A stretch of 56,418 nt of DNA from Deltaproteobacteria bacterium (GTDB lineage: Bacteria; Desulfobacterota; JAJRXV01). The DNA lies in the NCBI GenBank assembly GCA_024276115.1, contig JAJRXV010000264.1, positions 1 through 56,418 on the forward strand, written 5' to 3'. Positions within the stretch are counted from its first letter, which is position 1, and each line of letters starts with the position of its first letter. Made by a program: the position numbers and the translations under genes. Below are positions 1-10,601 of the stretch, piece after piece. The notes under the pieces were generated by a model, which saw only the letters and a list, made by a program, of their open reading frames with translations, ran no database searches and was not told where the DNA came from.

Positions 1-9
1 AGGAGTATT

Positions 10-951
10 TTGAAAAGAAAGATTCTGAATAGTATTTTCGCCTTATGCCTGTTTTTTATCGCTACGGGTTCTGCCGGTGGAGAAATAATCGATAAAATAG
101 TCGCTAAGGTGGGGGATGAGATAATCACACTTTATGATGTGCGAAACTTCAAGGAGCAGTTACCAGCCTACCGGGATATACACAAAGCTTATACGAGCCT
201 TGAGACAAAAGCAGAGAAGGAGCGGTTTTTGCTCGACATGCTCATAAACGACAAGTTGATATCAATGGAAATCTCAACACTCGGGATGGCGACAAACAGT
301 AAAGAAGTCGCAGCGGCGATTTCTGATAGCGCTACCAGAAATAATATGCCTGTCGATAAGTTCCTTGATAGTATTGAGAGTCAGGGGATCAGCCAAGAGG
401 TATATGCTCAGATGATAACCAAGCAGATAGAGAAGATGCGGTTTTACGGTCAGTTTATAAACTCAAAAGTTTCTGTCTCTGAAAAAGATGTGCTGACTTA
501 CTTCCGCGATAGCAAGTCGTATTTACAAAACAACCAGACAATCACGCTCGGTCAGATCATATTTTCGGCTGGTGATGATGGTCGTGCTGAAATGAAAAAG
601 CTTGCTGAGGTATTTAAGAAAAAAATCACAGACGGCGCGATTTTTGAGACTGAAGCGTCAAAAGCGGCAGAGCAAACAGCAGTAAAGTTCATAAAAGGCA
701 TCACAATCAAGAGGAACGAACTAGCGCCGCGCTTTTCAGAGCCGCTTAGCACGGTTTCTCCAGGTGAAGTAACAGAAATAATAGAAAGCGGTAACAAGTA
801 CATTATCATGTATTTAAGTAGTGAAGAGAAAATAACTCTTAACACTTATAAAGAGAAGATCCGTCGGCAATTGCTTCAAACTAAGAGGGATGAGATGTAT
901 AAATCGATCCTCGCGAAATTACGGCAGGACTACTCGATAGAGATAAGGTAA
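10..951 (+). CDS. surA: SurA-like periplasmic chaperone / peptidyl-prolyl isomerase (signal peptide, SurA N-terminal domain, one rotamase-like domain)
   Basis: 313-aa ORF with TTG start 5 nt after AGGAG (1-5). Hydrophobic signal ILNSIFALCLFFIATGSA and SurA_N-like IIDKIVAKVGDEIITLYDV. Directly followed by pdxA, the classical surA-pdxA arrangement. Confidence 0.7.
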   Translation: MKRKILNSIFALCLFFIATGSAGGEIIDKIVAKVGDEIITLYDVRNFKEQLPAYRDIHKAYTSLETKAEKERFLLDMLINDKLISMEISTLGMATNSKEVAAAISDSATRNNMPVDKFLDSIESQGISQEVYAQMITKQIEKMRFYGQFINSKVSVSEKDVLTYFRDSKSYLQNNQTITLGQIIFSAGDDGRAEMKKLAEVFKKKITDGAIFETEASKAAEQTAVKFIKGITIKRNELAPRFSEPLSTVSPGEVTEIIESGNKYIIMYLSSEEKITLNTYKEKIRRQLLQTKRDEMYKSILAKLRQDYSIEIR

Positions 952-955
952 TGGT

Positions 956-1951
956 ATGCGTAAAATAGCGATAACTATGGGTGATCCGGCTGGTATCGGC
1001 GCTGAGGTCATCATCAAAGCTCTAATTGAGCGCGGCTCTGCCCCGGAGTTCACTCCTGTCATCATTGGTGACGCGGGAGTGATGCGGCACAACCGCGAAC
1101 TTCTTGGAGCGGATATCGAGTTCATAAAGACTGATGAAAGCGCCCTACCCGACTTAGAGCCGCTCAAAAGGAATGCGTGCTATATTATTCCGACATCAAA
1201 TATAGACATGAATGATTTCAGATTCGGTGAAATACGCGCTGAATTTGGTGAAGCGGCAGGCAGTTATATAGAGACCGCCGCCACACTGGTCATGCGGAAA
1301 AAACTCAACGCGATTGTGACAGCACCGATCAATAAGAAGGCGTTCAACCTCGGTGGTTACGCGTTTCAGGGGCATACTGACTTTCTAGCGCACTTGACAG
1401 GGAGCCAGAACGAAGTTATGATGCTCTCAGGCGGAAAGCTCAACGTCATACTCTGCACTGTTCATGTTTCTCTGCTAGAAGCGATACAGCAGCTTAGTGA
1501 AGAGTTGATAATAAAAACCGTGACTGTAGCGAACGACGCCTTCAAAAAACATTTTGGTGTAGATCGACCGAAATTCGCAATTGCCGGACTTAATCCGCAC
1601 GCTTCTGAAGATGGTAGCTTCGGCAGTGAGGAGCGGGATATAATCATCCCCGCGGTAGAAAAACTGCACGCGCTCGGTATTGATGTTACCGGTCCGACAC
1701 CACCGGACTCGCTCTTTTATTTCGCTAAGGACGGGGCTTATGACGCGGTGATCTGCATGTACCACGATCAGGGGTTGATACCGCTGAAACTGCTCTACTT
1801 TGATAGCGGAGTGAACGTAACTCTAGGGCTTGATATCATCCGTACCTCTGTCGATCACGGTACGGCGTTTGAGATAGCCGGTGAGGGCAAGGCAAATGAA
1901 CTGAGCATGATAAACGCGATAAATATGGCGCTAAAGATGAGCGCTCAATAA
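956..1951 (+). CDS. pdxA: 4-hydroxythreonine-4-phosphate dehydrogenase
   Basis: 331 aa. N-terminus [15 protein letters not shown], plus GHTDFLA and [11 protein letters not shown] motifs typical of PdxA. Confidence 0.9.
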   Translation: MRKIAITMGDPAGIGAEVIIKALIERGSAPEFTPVIIGDAGVMRHNRELLGADIEFIKTDESALPDLEPLKRNACYIIPTSNIDMNDFRFGEIRAEFGEAAGSYIETAATLVMRKKLNAIVTAPINKKAFNLGGYAFQGHTDFLAHLTGSQNEVMMLSGGKLNVILCTVHVSLLEAIQQLSEELIIKTVTVANDAFKKHFGVDRPKFAIAGLNPHASEDGSFGSEERDIIIPAVEKLHALGIDVTGPTPPDSLFYFAKDGAYDAVICMYHDQGLIPLKLLYFDSGVNVTLGLDIIRTSVDHGTAFEIAGEGKANELSMINAINMALKMSAQ

Positions 1952-1991
1952 TGGGCATTATGCCCAATACAGCATAACGAGAAAACAGACT

Positions 1992-4808
1992 ATGGCAATA
2001 AAAAACATTGAAATAAAGGGTGCTTGCGAGCATAACTTAAAGAACATTGACATCAGTATCCCAAGAGATAAGCTCGTTGTTATCACCGGGCTCAGCGGTT
2101 CGGGGAAGTCATCCCTCGCGTTTGACACAATTTACGCAGAGGGGCAAAGGCGTTACGTAGAGTCGCTCTCCGCCTATGCGCGACAGTTCCTCGAGCAGAT
2201 GGACAAGCCCGACGTTGAGTCGATCGAAGGGCTATCCCCGGCGATATCGATCGAGCAGAAAAGCACGAGCAAGAATCCCCGTTCTACTGTTGGTACTGTG
2301 ACCGAGATATATGACTACCTCCGCCTGCTTTTCGCACGGGTTGGGCGGCCATACTGTTATAAATGTGGCGAGGCGATAAACTCCCAGACGACCTCACAGA
2401 TAGTCGATACGATAATGGAGTTTGAGGAAGGTAGCAAAATAATCATCTATGCTCCTGTTGTGCGCGGACGCAAGGGGGAGTACAAAAAGGAGCTCAAGTC
2501 GTTTTTGAAGAGCGGTTTTGTACGTGTAAAGATAGATGGTATAACATACGAGCTGACAGAAAAAATATCTATTGAGAAGAACAAAAAGCATGACATCGAC
2601 GTGATGGTTGACAGGCTTATCGTGAAAGATGGTATAAAAAAACGGCTGGCGGATTCGCTCGAAACCGCTGATAACTTAGCCGGCGGCATAATCAAGGTCG
2701 ACCTGCTCGACAAAGAGGAGATGCTTTTCAGCAAAGAGCTCGCCTGTATAGCCTGCGGTATCAGCTACCCTGAAATGTCCCCGCGGATGTTTTCATTCAA
2801 CAACCCGCATGGCGCGTGCCAGGAATGTTCAGGTCTCGGTGTAAAGATGTACTTCGACCCTGATCTTATTGTCCCGGACAAAAAACGCTCGATACGCGAG
2901 GGTGCTGTAGCCCCGTGGGAAAAACGTACGTCACTTTATTTCTTTCAGATGTTAGACTCACTCGCGAAGCACTACAAGTTTGATCTGCGTTCACCATTTA
3001 ACAAACTTCCAGAGAAGCTTCAGCATACTATACTATACGGTTCTGGCGAGACAAAGATCAAGTTTTATTATGAAAAGGATGACAACCGTCGATACTTCTT
3101 CGAGGAAAAATACGAAGGGGTGATCGGCAACCTTGAACGCCGCTACAAAGAAACAGATTCTGACTACATCAGGCGCGAGATAGAACGATATATGAATGTT
3201 AGGGACTGCCCGGACTGCAAAGGTAAGCGACTCAAAAAAGAAGCGCTCAACGTGAGGATCGGTGGCGTCAATATCGCTGACGTTACATCGTACTCGATTG
3301 AAAAGTTAAGCAAGTTCTTCAAAACCATAAAATTCTCAAAAAAAGAGATGGAGATAGCTGAACGGGTGCTTAAAGAGATAACAGCGCGGCTCGCGTTTCT
3401 CCATAACGTCGGGCTTGACTACCTGACGCTTAACAGGACCGCGAACACTCTTTCTGGTGGTGAGGGGCAGCGCATAAGGCTCGCGACACAGATAGGATCA
3501 TCGCTTGTCGGTGTATTATATATCCTCGATGAGCCCTCTATTGGGCTTCATCAGCGCGATAACAAAAGGCTCCTCTCAACGCTGACGCACTTGAGGGATC
3601 TCGGCAACACCGTTCTTGTCGTCGAGCATGACGAGGAGACGATAACTGCCGCGGATCATGTTATAGATATGGGGCCAGGGGCCGGGACGCATGGGGGGCA
3701 TGTGGTCTTCTCGGGTACTCCTGAAGAGATATTGAAATCAAAAGATTCCCTCACCGGAAAGTATCTCTCTGGCAGGTTGAGCATACCAGTCCCCAAGGAA
3801 AGAAAGCAGGAGAAAAAAAGGTTCATAGAGATCATAAAAGCGTCAGAAAACAACCTGAACGATATCGATGTGAAAATACCCGCCGGGCTGATTACTTGTA
3901 TCACAGGTGTGTCTGGCTCGGGCAAGAGTACGCTGGTCATCGATACACTCTTCCGCGCGCTTTCGCAGAAGTTCTACAGATCAAAGAAGCGACCGGGGAA
4001 GTTTGAAGAGATCAGAGGTCTTCACTATTTTGATAAGGTAATCGATATCGACCAGTCACCGATCGGTAGGACACCGCGCTCAAATCCCGCGACCTATACC
4101 GGTGTATTCAGCCATATCCGAACGATTTTCGCTGAGTTACAGGAGTCAAAAATGCGCGGTTATAAAGTCGGGCGCTACTCCTTCAACGTAAAGGGCGGAC
4201 GTTGTGAGGCTTGCCGTGGCGATGGTATAATAAAGATAGAGATGCACTTTTTACCCGATGTTTATGTCACGTGTGAGCATTGCAAGGGGAAAAGATACAA
4301 CAGGGAAACGCTCGAAATATACTATAAAGGAAAAAACATCAACAATATATTAAGTATGACAGTTGATGAGGCTTATGATTTTATGGGCGCGATACCAAAG
4401 ATCAAACGCGCGTTGCAAACACTCAAAGAAGTCGGCCTCGGCTATATAACTCTCGGTCAAAACGCGACGACTCTCTCTGGTGGTGAAGCTCAGCGGATAA
4501 AACTCGCCAAAGAGCTGAGCAAGAGGAGTACCGGGCGCACTATATATATTCTTGACGAGCCGACTACCGGCCTTCACTTTGCTGATATAAGCAAGTTGCT
4601 AGATGTTTTATTCAGACTCAGGGAGTCCGGCAACACCATCATAATAATAGAACATAACTTAGATGTACTGAAAACAGCCGATCACATAATCGACCTTGGT
4701 CCCGGTGGAGGTGACAAAGGCGGCTCAGTAGTCGTCACCGGTACTCCAGAAAAAGTGGCGGCGTGTAAGAAGTCACATACCGGGGAATTTTTAAAAAAAG
4801 TACTCTAA
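1992..4808 (+). CDS. uvrA: excinuclease ABC subunit A
   Basis: 938 aa. IKGAxEHNLKNI N-terminus, two ABC modules (GLSGSGKSS / GVSGSGKST; LSGGEGQR / LSGGEAQR), CxxC zinc modules. Confidence 0.97.
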   Translation: MAIKNIEIKGACEHNLKNIDISIPRDKLVVITGLSGSGKSSLAFDTIYAEGQRRYVESLSAYARQFLEQMDKPDVESIEGLSPAISIEQKSTSKNPRSTVGTVTEIYDYLRLLFARVGRPYCYKCGEAINSQTTSQIVDTIMEFEEGSKIIIYAPVVRGRKGEYKKELKSFLKSGFVRVKIDGITYELTEKISIEKNKKHDIDVMVDRLIVKDGIKKRLADSLETADNLAGGIIKVDLLDKEEMLFSKELACIACGISYPEMSPRMFSFNNPHGACQECSGLGVKMYFDPDLIVPDKKRSIREGAVAPWEKRTSLYFFQMLDSLAKHYKFDLRSPFNKLPEKLQHTILYGSGETKIKFYYEKDDNRRYFFEEKYEGVIGNLERRYKETDSDYIRREIERYMNVRDCPDCKGKRLKKEALNVRIGGVNIADVTSYSIEKLSKFFKTIKFSKKEMEIAERVLKEITARLAFLHNVGLDYLTLNRTANTLSGGEGQRIRLATQIGSSLVGVLYILDEPSIGLHQRDNKRLLSTLTHLRDLGNTVLVVEHDEETITAADHVIDMGPGAGTHGGHVVFSGTPEEILKSKDSLTGKYLSGRLSIPVPKERKQEKKRFIEIIKASENNLNDIDVKIPAGLITCITGVSGSGKSTLVIDTLFRALSQKFYRSKKRPGKFEEIRGLHYFDKVIDIDQSPIGRTPRSNPATYTGVFSHIRTIFAELQESKMRGYKVGRYSFNVKGGRCEACRGDGIIKIEMHFLPDVYVTCEHCKGKRYNRETLEIYYKGKNINNILSMTVDEAYDFMGAIPKIKRALQTLKEVGLGYITLGQNATTLSGGEAQRIKLAKELSKRSTGRTIYILDEPTTGLHFADISKLLDVLFRLRESGNTIIIIEHNLDVLKTADHIIDLGPGGGDKGGSVVVTGTPEKVAACKKSHTGEFLKKVL

Positions 4809-4859
4809 GTTACCTTAATGCTTGACTCTAAAAAAAATAAGGGGTAGTATTTAGATATT

Positions 4860-5483
4860 ATGCAGATAAGTGATATCAATATAGAGCCTAATAAAAGAAT
4901 GAATGTAAGGTTAACAGCCATTTTATTCATATTGAGCTTCTTTTTTTCATCTTGCCTTAGCAAAAATATTCCTTCTGTGACTAGAGCTAACATAAGTAAT
5001 GATGATAATAGCATAAAAGCGTATATTAAAGCGCTTTCAAGTAAAGATATTGAGGAGCGTGAAGTAGCAATCGAGAATCTTATCCAGATTGGTGATGAGG
5101 TTGTTCCGCTACTGATCGGTCAGATGCAACGCGGAGACAGAACAGCAAAAATAGAGGCATCTTGGGCGCTAGGCGCTATCGGATGCAAAACCGCTGTTCC
5201 CTCTCTACTCGATAACATGCGGGGAAACGACTTAACTCTCGCCCGTTACTCAGCTCTTTCAATCGGGATGATAGGCGGTAGTGTCGCTGTAGATGGTCTG
5301 ATACATATTATAGAGGATGAGTCTCAAAAAAGACGCTGGAGACAGGCAGTCATGGCATTAGGATCAATTGGTGACAGCCATGCGATAGAAGCGCTCAGAG
5401 GACAGGTAGCCAGCAAGAATGTTTTCAATCGAGAAGCCGCGAAACGGGCTTTAAGGATTATAGAACAAAAAAATAAAAACTAG
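4860..5483 (+). CDS. HEAT-repeat (PBS-lyase HEAT-like) protein, probably a lipoprotein
   Basis: 207-aa ORF with repeated A-x-ALG-x-IG HEAT-like units. An internal ATG at 4899 gives [19 protein letters not shown], a lipoprotein-like signal, so the true start may be 4899. Confidence 0.6.
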   Translation: MQISDINIEPNKRMNVRLTAILFILSFFFSSCLSKNIPSVTRANISNDDNSIKAYIKALSSKDIEEREVAIENLIQIGDEVVPLLIGQMQRGDRTAKIEASWALGAIGCKTAVPSLLDNMRGNDLTLARYSALSIGMIGGSVAVDGLIHIIEDESQKRRWRQAVMALGSIGDSHAIEALRGQVASKNVFNREAAKRALRIIEQKNKN

Positions 5484-5499
5484 GAGCTATAGATTAATC

Positions 5500-6666
5500 A
5501 TGGAAGAGTTTTCACGAATAAAACGTTTACCACCCTATGTTTTCGCAACAGTTAACAAGCTGAAGATAGAAGCGCGTAACAATGGGGAAGATATCATAGA
5601 CCTTGGTATGGGGAATCCTGACAATGGAACACCACAACACATTGTGGATAAGCTGGTGGAGGCCGCTTATAATCAACGTAACCACAGATATTCAGCGTCT
5701 CGGGGAATCACCAAACTGCGGATGGCTATCTCATCGTGGTATAAGAGAAGGTTCGATGTGGATCTGAATCACGAAAGTGAGGTTATCGCGACTATCGGCG
5801 CGAAGGAGGGGCTATCCCATCTAGCGTTAGCAACTGTTAATCCCGGTGATGTCGTTATGGTGCCAGACCCTACCTACCCGATCCATAAATATTCGGTTAT
5901 TATCGCCGGTGGCGAAGTTCGTGGGATTCCATTGCGAGAAGAGTCAGACTTCTTTGAAGATATGCTTGAAGCGTATAAGCAGACATGGCCACGACCAAAG
6001 ATGTTGATAATCAGCTTCCCTCACAACCCTACAACAAAAACTGTAGAAATAGATTTTTTTGAGAAAATCGTCGATTTCGCCAAAGAGCATAACGTAATGG
6101 TAATACATGATCTGGCTTATGCCGATATTCTTTTTGACGGTTATAAGTGCCCGAGCTTTTTGCAGGTAAAAGGCGCGAAGGACGTTGGAGTCGAGCTGTT
6201 CTCCATGTCAAAGAGCTATAATATGCCTGGTTGGCGCGTTGGTTTTTGCGTCGGTAACGAAAAGATGGTCGGAGCGTTGCAAAGTATTAAGAGTTATCTT
6301 GATTATGGAATGTTCCAACCGATACAGATAGCCTCGATAGTAGCGCTTAACGGACCGCAGGATTGTGTTGCCGAAATAGTGAATACATACAAAAACAGAC
6401 GTGATGTGCTTTGCGAAGGGCTCTCAAAAGTAGGCTGGGAAATCGCTAAACCGAAAGCCACAATGTTTGTATGGGCAAAGATACCAGATAAATATATAAA
6501 GATGGGATCACTCGAATTTTGTAAATTTTTACTAAAAGAAGCTAAAGTAGCTGTATCTCCAGGAATAGGTTTTGGAGAGTATGGCGATGATTATATTAGA
6601 TTCGCTCTTGTTGAAAACGAGCAGAGAACAAGGCAAGCGATTAAAGGAATAAAGCAAATACTTTAA
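5500..6666 (+). CDS. class I/II PLP-dependent aminotransferase (AspC/AlaC-like)
   Basis: 388 aa. RLPPYVFA...[12 protein letters not shown]-terminus and PLP-lysine motif [15 protein letters not shown]. Confidence 0.88.
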   Translation: MEEFSRIKRLPPYVFATVNKLKIEARNNGEDIIDLGMGNPDNGTPQHIVDKLVEAAYNQRNHRYSASRGITKLRMAISSWYKRRFDVDLNHESEVIATIGAKEGLSHLALATVNPGDVVMVPDPTYPIHKYSVIIAGGEVRGIPLREESDFFEDMLEAYKQTWPRPKMLIISFPHNPTTKTVEIDFFEKIVDFAKEHNVMVIHDLAYADILFDGYKCPSFLQVKGAKDVGVELFSMSKSYNMPGWRVGFCVGNEKMVGALQSIKSYLDYGMFQPIQIASIVALNGPQDCVAEIVNTYKNRRDVLCEGLSKVGWEIAKPKATMFVWAKIPDKYIKMGSLEFCKFLLKEAKVAVSPGIGFGEYGDDYIRFALVENEQRTRQAIKGIKQIL

Positions 6667-6667
6667 G

Positions 6668-8548
6668 ATGAATAAAAACAAGTCCTTACTTTTTGTGTTA
6701 GTTTTGATTATTACTTCTTTTCCGGTTGTTGCGCACGCAAGGTTTCTGCGTGTAAAAAACAGTGAGATAGAGGCTTATGCCGAGCCTGACAGCAGCTCTA
6801 AGGTTGTTGATATCTTACATAAAAATGAGCGATATGAGATACTTGAACAAAAAAACAACTATTATAAGTTAAAACTATATCGAAATAATCGTGGTTGGGT
6901 ATTCACTAACGATGTTGAAGTAAAAGGCTCCAAAATAGCCTTGCCCACAACAGAGACAACGATACTTGACCTCGACAAGATATACACTAATAGTTACGCC
7001 GTTATTATCGCGATCGATAACTACAAAGAGTTAGGAACGCTGGGTTACGCTAAAAGTGACGCGGCGTATATTAAACGTGAACTCCGAGCGCTCGGTTTTG
7101 ATAACTTCATAGAACTCTATGACAAAGCCGCGACGAGAGCAAATATAACAGATATTTTTGAGCGGGCACTGTTGAAAAAGTTAAAGAAAAATGACCGGCT
7201 ATTCGTTTTTTTTGCCGGCAAAAGTTTATCGAATGAAATTGCCCCAAAAATATATGAGGGCTACATATTACCTTATGACACAAAAAAGAAAGACATTGAA
7301 GAAACATCTTTTTCTATTGACGTGCTAGACGTTTTTTTCGCAAAGCTTCCAATACGACATCTGCTTGTAGTCTATGACATGAACTTATCGGGACTTTCAT
7401 TACGTAAAGGTATTAGCATACCTCAAAGCGCCCCTGGATATTTGCTTAATGTGACTTCACTTAAAGCGCGACAAGTCATATCAGCCGGCAGACATAACAA
7501 TGAAATGCAGTTTAAAGATGGTAAATCTATATTTATCACTACATTAGTAGAAGGTATGAATGGTTCAGCTGAGCAGGGAGTACCTGATGGAATAGTTACC
7601 GGTTCGGAGCTTGGAGCATATCTGAACCTGAAAGTCTCAATAAAAACACGTAGAAAACAGACGCCATATTTTGGTCGTGTTCAAGGTGGCGACAAAGGCG
7701 GAGAGTTTATGTTTACTAGGCGCCGTGGTTCTATTCTGGTCGATATGGAACTCAGCGATGTCAGAAAAGATGATTTTGACCCTGAATTGGATTTCATCAG
7801 AACGCTTGATGGTGACACGAGCAATGGCGATAATGCTGAGTTCGGCGATCTAGACAACCCTGAAGCCGCATTCGACAATATAGATGAGTCAATGATACAA
7901 AGTCCGCCGACCTTATTCCCGGGGGAGCTTGTTGTAATACCGGCAGGAGATTTTCAGATGGGGAGTATGGATGGTCATATTAATGAAAAACCAGAGCATA
8001 CTATTTACTTAGACCCATACTATATCGGCAGGTATGAAGTCACCAATAAGGAGTACAAAGAATTTATAGACGCTACTGGATATAAGCCGCCACTTAATGT
8101 TGAGGGAACTGATAGTGAATACAACATTTGGTCTGGAAGTGAGTATCCTTCAGGTCTAGAGAACCATCCAGTAGTTAATGTCAGCTGGTATGATGCCGAA
8201 GCATACTGTATCTGGTTGAGCAAAGTAACCGGAGAGCACTATAGGCTTCCGACTGAGGCCGAATGGGAAAAAGCCGCGCGTGGAAATGATCTACGTGTAT
8301 ATCCATGGGGCAATAAGAAGCCTAACAGGAAAAAAGCAAATTACAACAATAAATGGATTGGGGCGGATACTTTATTTACTGTTGGTTACTTTGATGATGG
8401 TAAGAGCTCATACTGGGTACATGATATGAGTGGCAATGTGGCAGAATGGTGCAGTGATTGGTACAATGAAGACTCTTACGCCAATAGCCCTAGAAGTAAC
8501 CCAAACGGCCCTGAAAAGGGAGTAAACAAAGTGGTTCGTGGGGGGTAA
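6668..8548 (+). CDS. exported SH3 / caspase-like (catalytic dyad lost) / FGE-sulfatase (SUMF1-type) multidomain protein, interrupted by an in-frame TAA
   Basis: 626-aa ORF with signal peptide MNKNKSLLFVLVLIITSFPVVAHA and an SH3-like segment. The Peptidase_C14-like core is YAVIIAIDNY...FVFFAGKS...LLVVYDMNLSG. An acidic linker precedes the FGE-sulfatase domain (GYKPP, HPVVNVSWYDAEAYCIWL, RLPTEAEWEKAARG, VVRGG). The domain continues in the same frame after the stop. Confidence 0.8.
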   Translation: MNKNKSLLFVLVLIITSFPVVAHARFLRVKNSEIEAYAEPDSSSKVVDILHKNERYEILEQKNNYYKLKLYRNNRGWVFTNDVEVKGSKIALPTTETTILDLDKIYTNSYAVIIAIDNYKELGTLGYAKSDAAYIKRELRALGFDNFIELYDKAATRANITDIFERALLKKLKKNDRLFVFFAGKSLSNEIAPKIYEGYILPYDTKKKDIEETSFSIDVLDVFFAKLPIRHLLVVYDMNLSGLSLRKGISIPQSAPGYLLNVTSLKARQVISAGRHNNEMQFKDGKSIFITTLVEGMNGSAEQGVPDGIVTGSELGAYLNLKVSIKTRRKQTPYFGRVQGGDKGGEFMFTRRRGSILVDMELSDVRKDDFDPELDFIRTLDGDTSNGDNAEFGDLDNPEAAFDNIDESMIQSPPTLFPGELVVIPAGDFQMGSMDGHINEKPEHTIYLDPYYIGRYEVTNKEYKEFIDATGYKPPLNVEGTDSEYNIWSGSEYPSGLENHPVVNVSWYDAEAYCIWLSKVTGEHYRLPTEAEWEKAARGNDLRVYPWGNKKPNRKKANYNNKWIGADTLFTVGYFDDGKSSYWVHDMSGNVAEWCSDWYNEDSYANSPRSNPNGPEKGVNKVVRGG

Positions 8549-8659
8549 TGGCACTCTACTGCTGACATGATCAGAAGTACTGCTCGATATGGGTATTATC
8601 CAAAATTAAGAAGTAACCGGTTCGGGTTCAGAGTTGTTCTTGAGCCAGAGAGGGAATAA
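8549..8659 (+). other. orphaned C-terminal 36 codons of the FGE-sulfatase domain (same frame as 6668..8548, after the in-frame TAA at 8546-8548)
   Basis: Hand translation gives WHSTADMIRSTARYGYYPKLRSNRFGFRVVLEPERE-TAA, which matches the canonical FGE C-terminus (RGG[S]W...R[ST]AxR...GFRV). Confidence 0.8.
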
Positions 8660-8712
8660 TTCCTAAAGCAATTAATAATACGAAGCATTTGGATTTATAT
8701 GTCAGGACTAAC

Positions 8713-9723
8713 ATGACTTTTGGAGAAACTATAAGGGAACTGAGAGAAGCAAATAAGCTTACCAAAAGGGAGACCGCCACCTATGCGAAATGCTCTCCGA
8801 CATATATCGCTAAGATAGAAAAAGAAAACGTTATCCCCGGAGACGAGATAATCATAAGACTCGCGAACCTTTTTAAGTACAACAAGAAAAAACTTCTATT
8901 TTTGGCAAAAAAAGAATCCACAGTACCAGAGGCTAAGAAACTTTTTGAAACTCAACTTGAGATATTTGAAAAGGAATTAATCAACGATTACTTCCTTACT
9001 ATCGTCACCCTCTCTCCTGCCGATTATAACACTGATGATGTACCGCTTATGGATACAGCAAAAAAGAGAGCGCTGGCCAAAAAAGTATGGGAAGAAATTG
9101 ACACCCACTACTCAACCAATATGGATGAAAGGTTCATTCTTTTCTATCACTCTAACATACATATCAGTGATTATTTGAATAAGTCGCTCAAAAGCATGGA
9201 TATAATAAAAACGTTGAAAAAGATGATTGAAAGTATAGAGTATAATATTCATGATGATAAAGTAACGGTGTATTTTATTGCCCCAGAAAAAACTCAAGTG
9301 CATAGCAACGTAGAACCAGCGAACCTTGGCGCACTAACCAGTATCCCATTATTGACCTGGGTACAGGCAGGTGAAATGACAGATTACAGCGATAAATACC
9401 CTTATGCGGGGTGTTCTGACGAATACATTTCGACAGACCTTAGGGGCGATCACCTTTTTGCGCTGCGAGTAAAGGGAGACAGTATGACCCCTAAGTTTTT
9501 AGAGGATGATATTGTGATAGTCGATCCAGATCAGCACCCGGAAAACGGAAGCTTTGTTGTTATCGCTAATATTGATACAAATGAGACAACATTAAAACAG
9601 TTGAAGATTTACAGTAATGACCTTATGGTGTTGCATCCATTAAATCCGGTCTATTCTGATACTGAGTTCTGCAACTGCCACAAAATAGTCGGGCGTGTAG
9701 TAAGAAAACAGACGAATTTTTAG
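8713..9723 (+). CDS. XRE-family HTH / LexA-like S24 autopeptidase repressor with a ~150-aa central insert
   Basis: The ORF track starts at TTG 8689; ATG 8713 (MTFGETIRELRE) is more likely. N-terminal Cro/CI-type HTH. The C-terminus carries IPLLTWVQAGEM (Ala-Gly cleavage motif), GDSMTP (Ser nucleophile) and TLKQL (Lys). Confidence 0.8.
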   Translation: MTFGETIRELREANKLTKRETATYAKCSPTYIAKIEKENVIPGDEIIIRLANLFKYNKKKLLFLAKKESTVPEAKKLFETQLEIFEKELINDYFLTIVTLSPADYNTDDVPLMDTAKKRALAKKVWEEIDTHYSTNMDERFILFYHSNIHISDYLNKSLKSMDIIKTLKKMIESIEYNIHDDKVTVYFIAPEKTQVHSNVEPANLGALTSIPLLTWVQAGEMTDYSDKYPYAGCSDEYISTDLRGDHLFALRVKGDSMTPKFLEDDIVIVDPDQHPENGSFVVIANIDTNETTLKQLKIYSNDLMVLHPLNPVYSDTEFCNCHKIVGRVVRKQTNF

Positions 9724-9785
9724 CTGTACCCTCCAAGTAAAAAAAAAACAATTTATTTCTCGACATTTGGAATTATTTCGTTAGA

Positions 9786-9863
9786 ATTAATCTAAGTAAT
9801 ATCCGGGTAAATTTATTCATGTAGTTTTTATACCAAAGTTAAGTTGTGGGGATTGATCTAAGT
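9786..9863. promoter_or_regulatory. pair of direct 12-mers ATT(A/G)ATCTAAGT (9786-9797, 9852-9863), candidate operator sites
   Basis: 11 of 12 nt are identical and the start-to-start spacing is 66 bp. They lie in the 240-bp AT-rich gap between the LexA-like gene and the REC-DHp gene. Confidence 0.3.
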
Positions 9864-9963
9864 GCAAATACACTACATAGACATTTTTTGAGTTCTGATA
9901 TATATAACGTAATGTATTTCTGTTTTGCTATTCTCCCTACAAGAAAAAGGAGGAGTAAACAGT

Positions 9964-10593
9964 ATGGAAAAAGTACTAATAATTGATGATAATCCTACTG
10001 ATAGGATTGTACAACAGAAAATGCTTGAGCAACAATATGATGTAAAAGTATCAGCAAGCCCCTTTGACGCAAAAGATATAATTACAGATTGGAACCCAGA
10101 CGTTATAGTTATAGATTATGCTATGCCTCGCATCAACGGAATTCAGGCGATCAAGTATTTAAAGGAAAAAACCAGCTACAAGGGTATATTCCTTATTCTT
10201 ACCGGACTTGATGACGTAAATATAGCGACCGAAGCGATCAGACAAGGGGCATACGATTATCTTGTAAAGCCGCTTGTACCAGAGATATTCAATCACAAAA
10301 TAAAAAACTGCTCAAAATATAGTGAATTGCTAAATGGGCGTAATGAAGAGATATCCTCTGTTACTGTTGAAAGAGTAATTTTGGCAATATTTCATGAACT
10401 AAAGCCACATCTTGACCAGATTGTCAGCTTAAGAGATAAAGTGTGCGCCTGTAGTGGCGTAAATAACGATGAAATAGACGCGTTTAAAGAACACTTAGCG
10501 TATCTCAACGATTTTGTGAGTAAACTAGGAGAGTTAAACCAATCCTCACAAAAGGAATACGCCGAAAACATTTTAGCTCACTATTTAAAGTGA
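9964..10593 (+). CDS. response-regulator receiver fused to a DHp/HisKA-like helical domain (no ATPase domain)
   Basis: ATG 9964 lies 8 nt after AAGGAGGAG; the ORF track starts at 9925. REC motifs are VLIIDDNP, DVIVIDYAMP and LVKP. The C-terminal ~70 aa carry an H-box-like FHELKPHL, with no N/G boxes. Confidence 0.8.
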   Translation: MEKVLIIDDNPTDRIVQQKMLEQQYDVKVSASPFDAKDIITDWNPDVIVIDYAMPRINGIQAIKYLKEKTSYKGIFLILTGLDDVNIATEAIRQGAYDYLVKPLVPEIFNHKIKNCSKYSELLNGRNEEISSVTVERVILAIFHELKPHLDQIVSLRDKVCACSGVNNDEIDAFKEHLAYLNDFVSKLGELNQSSQKEYAENILAHYLK

Positions 10594-10601
10594 CAAACAA
10601 T

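Noticed and set aside
8540-8545. G6 homopolymer slippage as the cause of the FGE gene interruption
   Set aside because: The conserved downstream sequence is in the same frame as the upstream ORF, so an indel in the G run cannot be responsible. The lesion is a substitution-type stop.
8549-8564. Sigma54-like TGGCAC-N5-TGCT immediately after the in-frame stop
   Set aside because: The GG-to-GC spacing is one nucleotide short of the -24/-12 consensus. The site lies inside conserved coding sequence, and no bacterial enhancer-binding protein is nearby.
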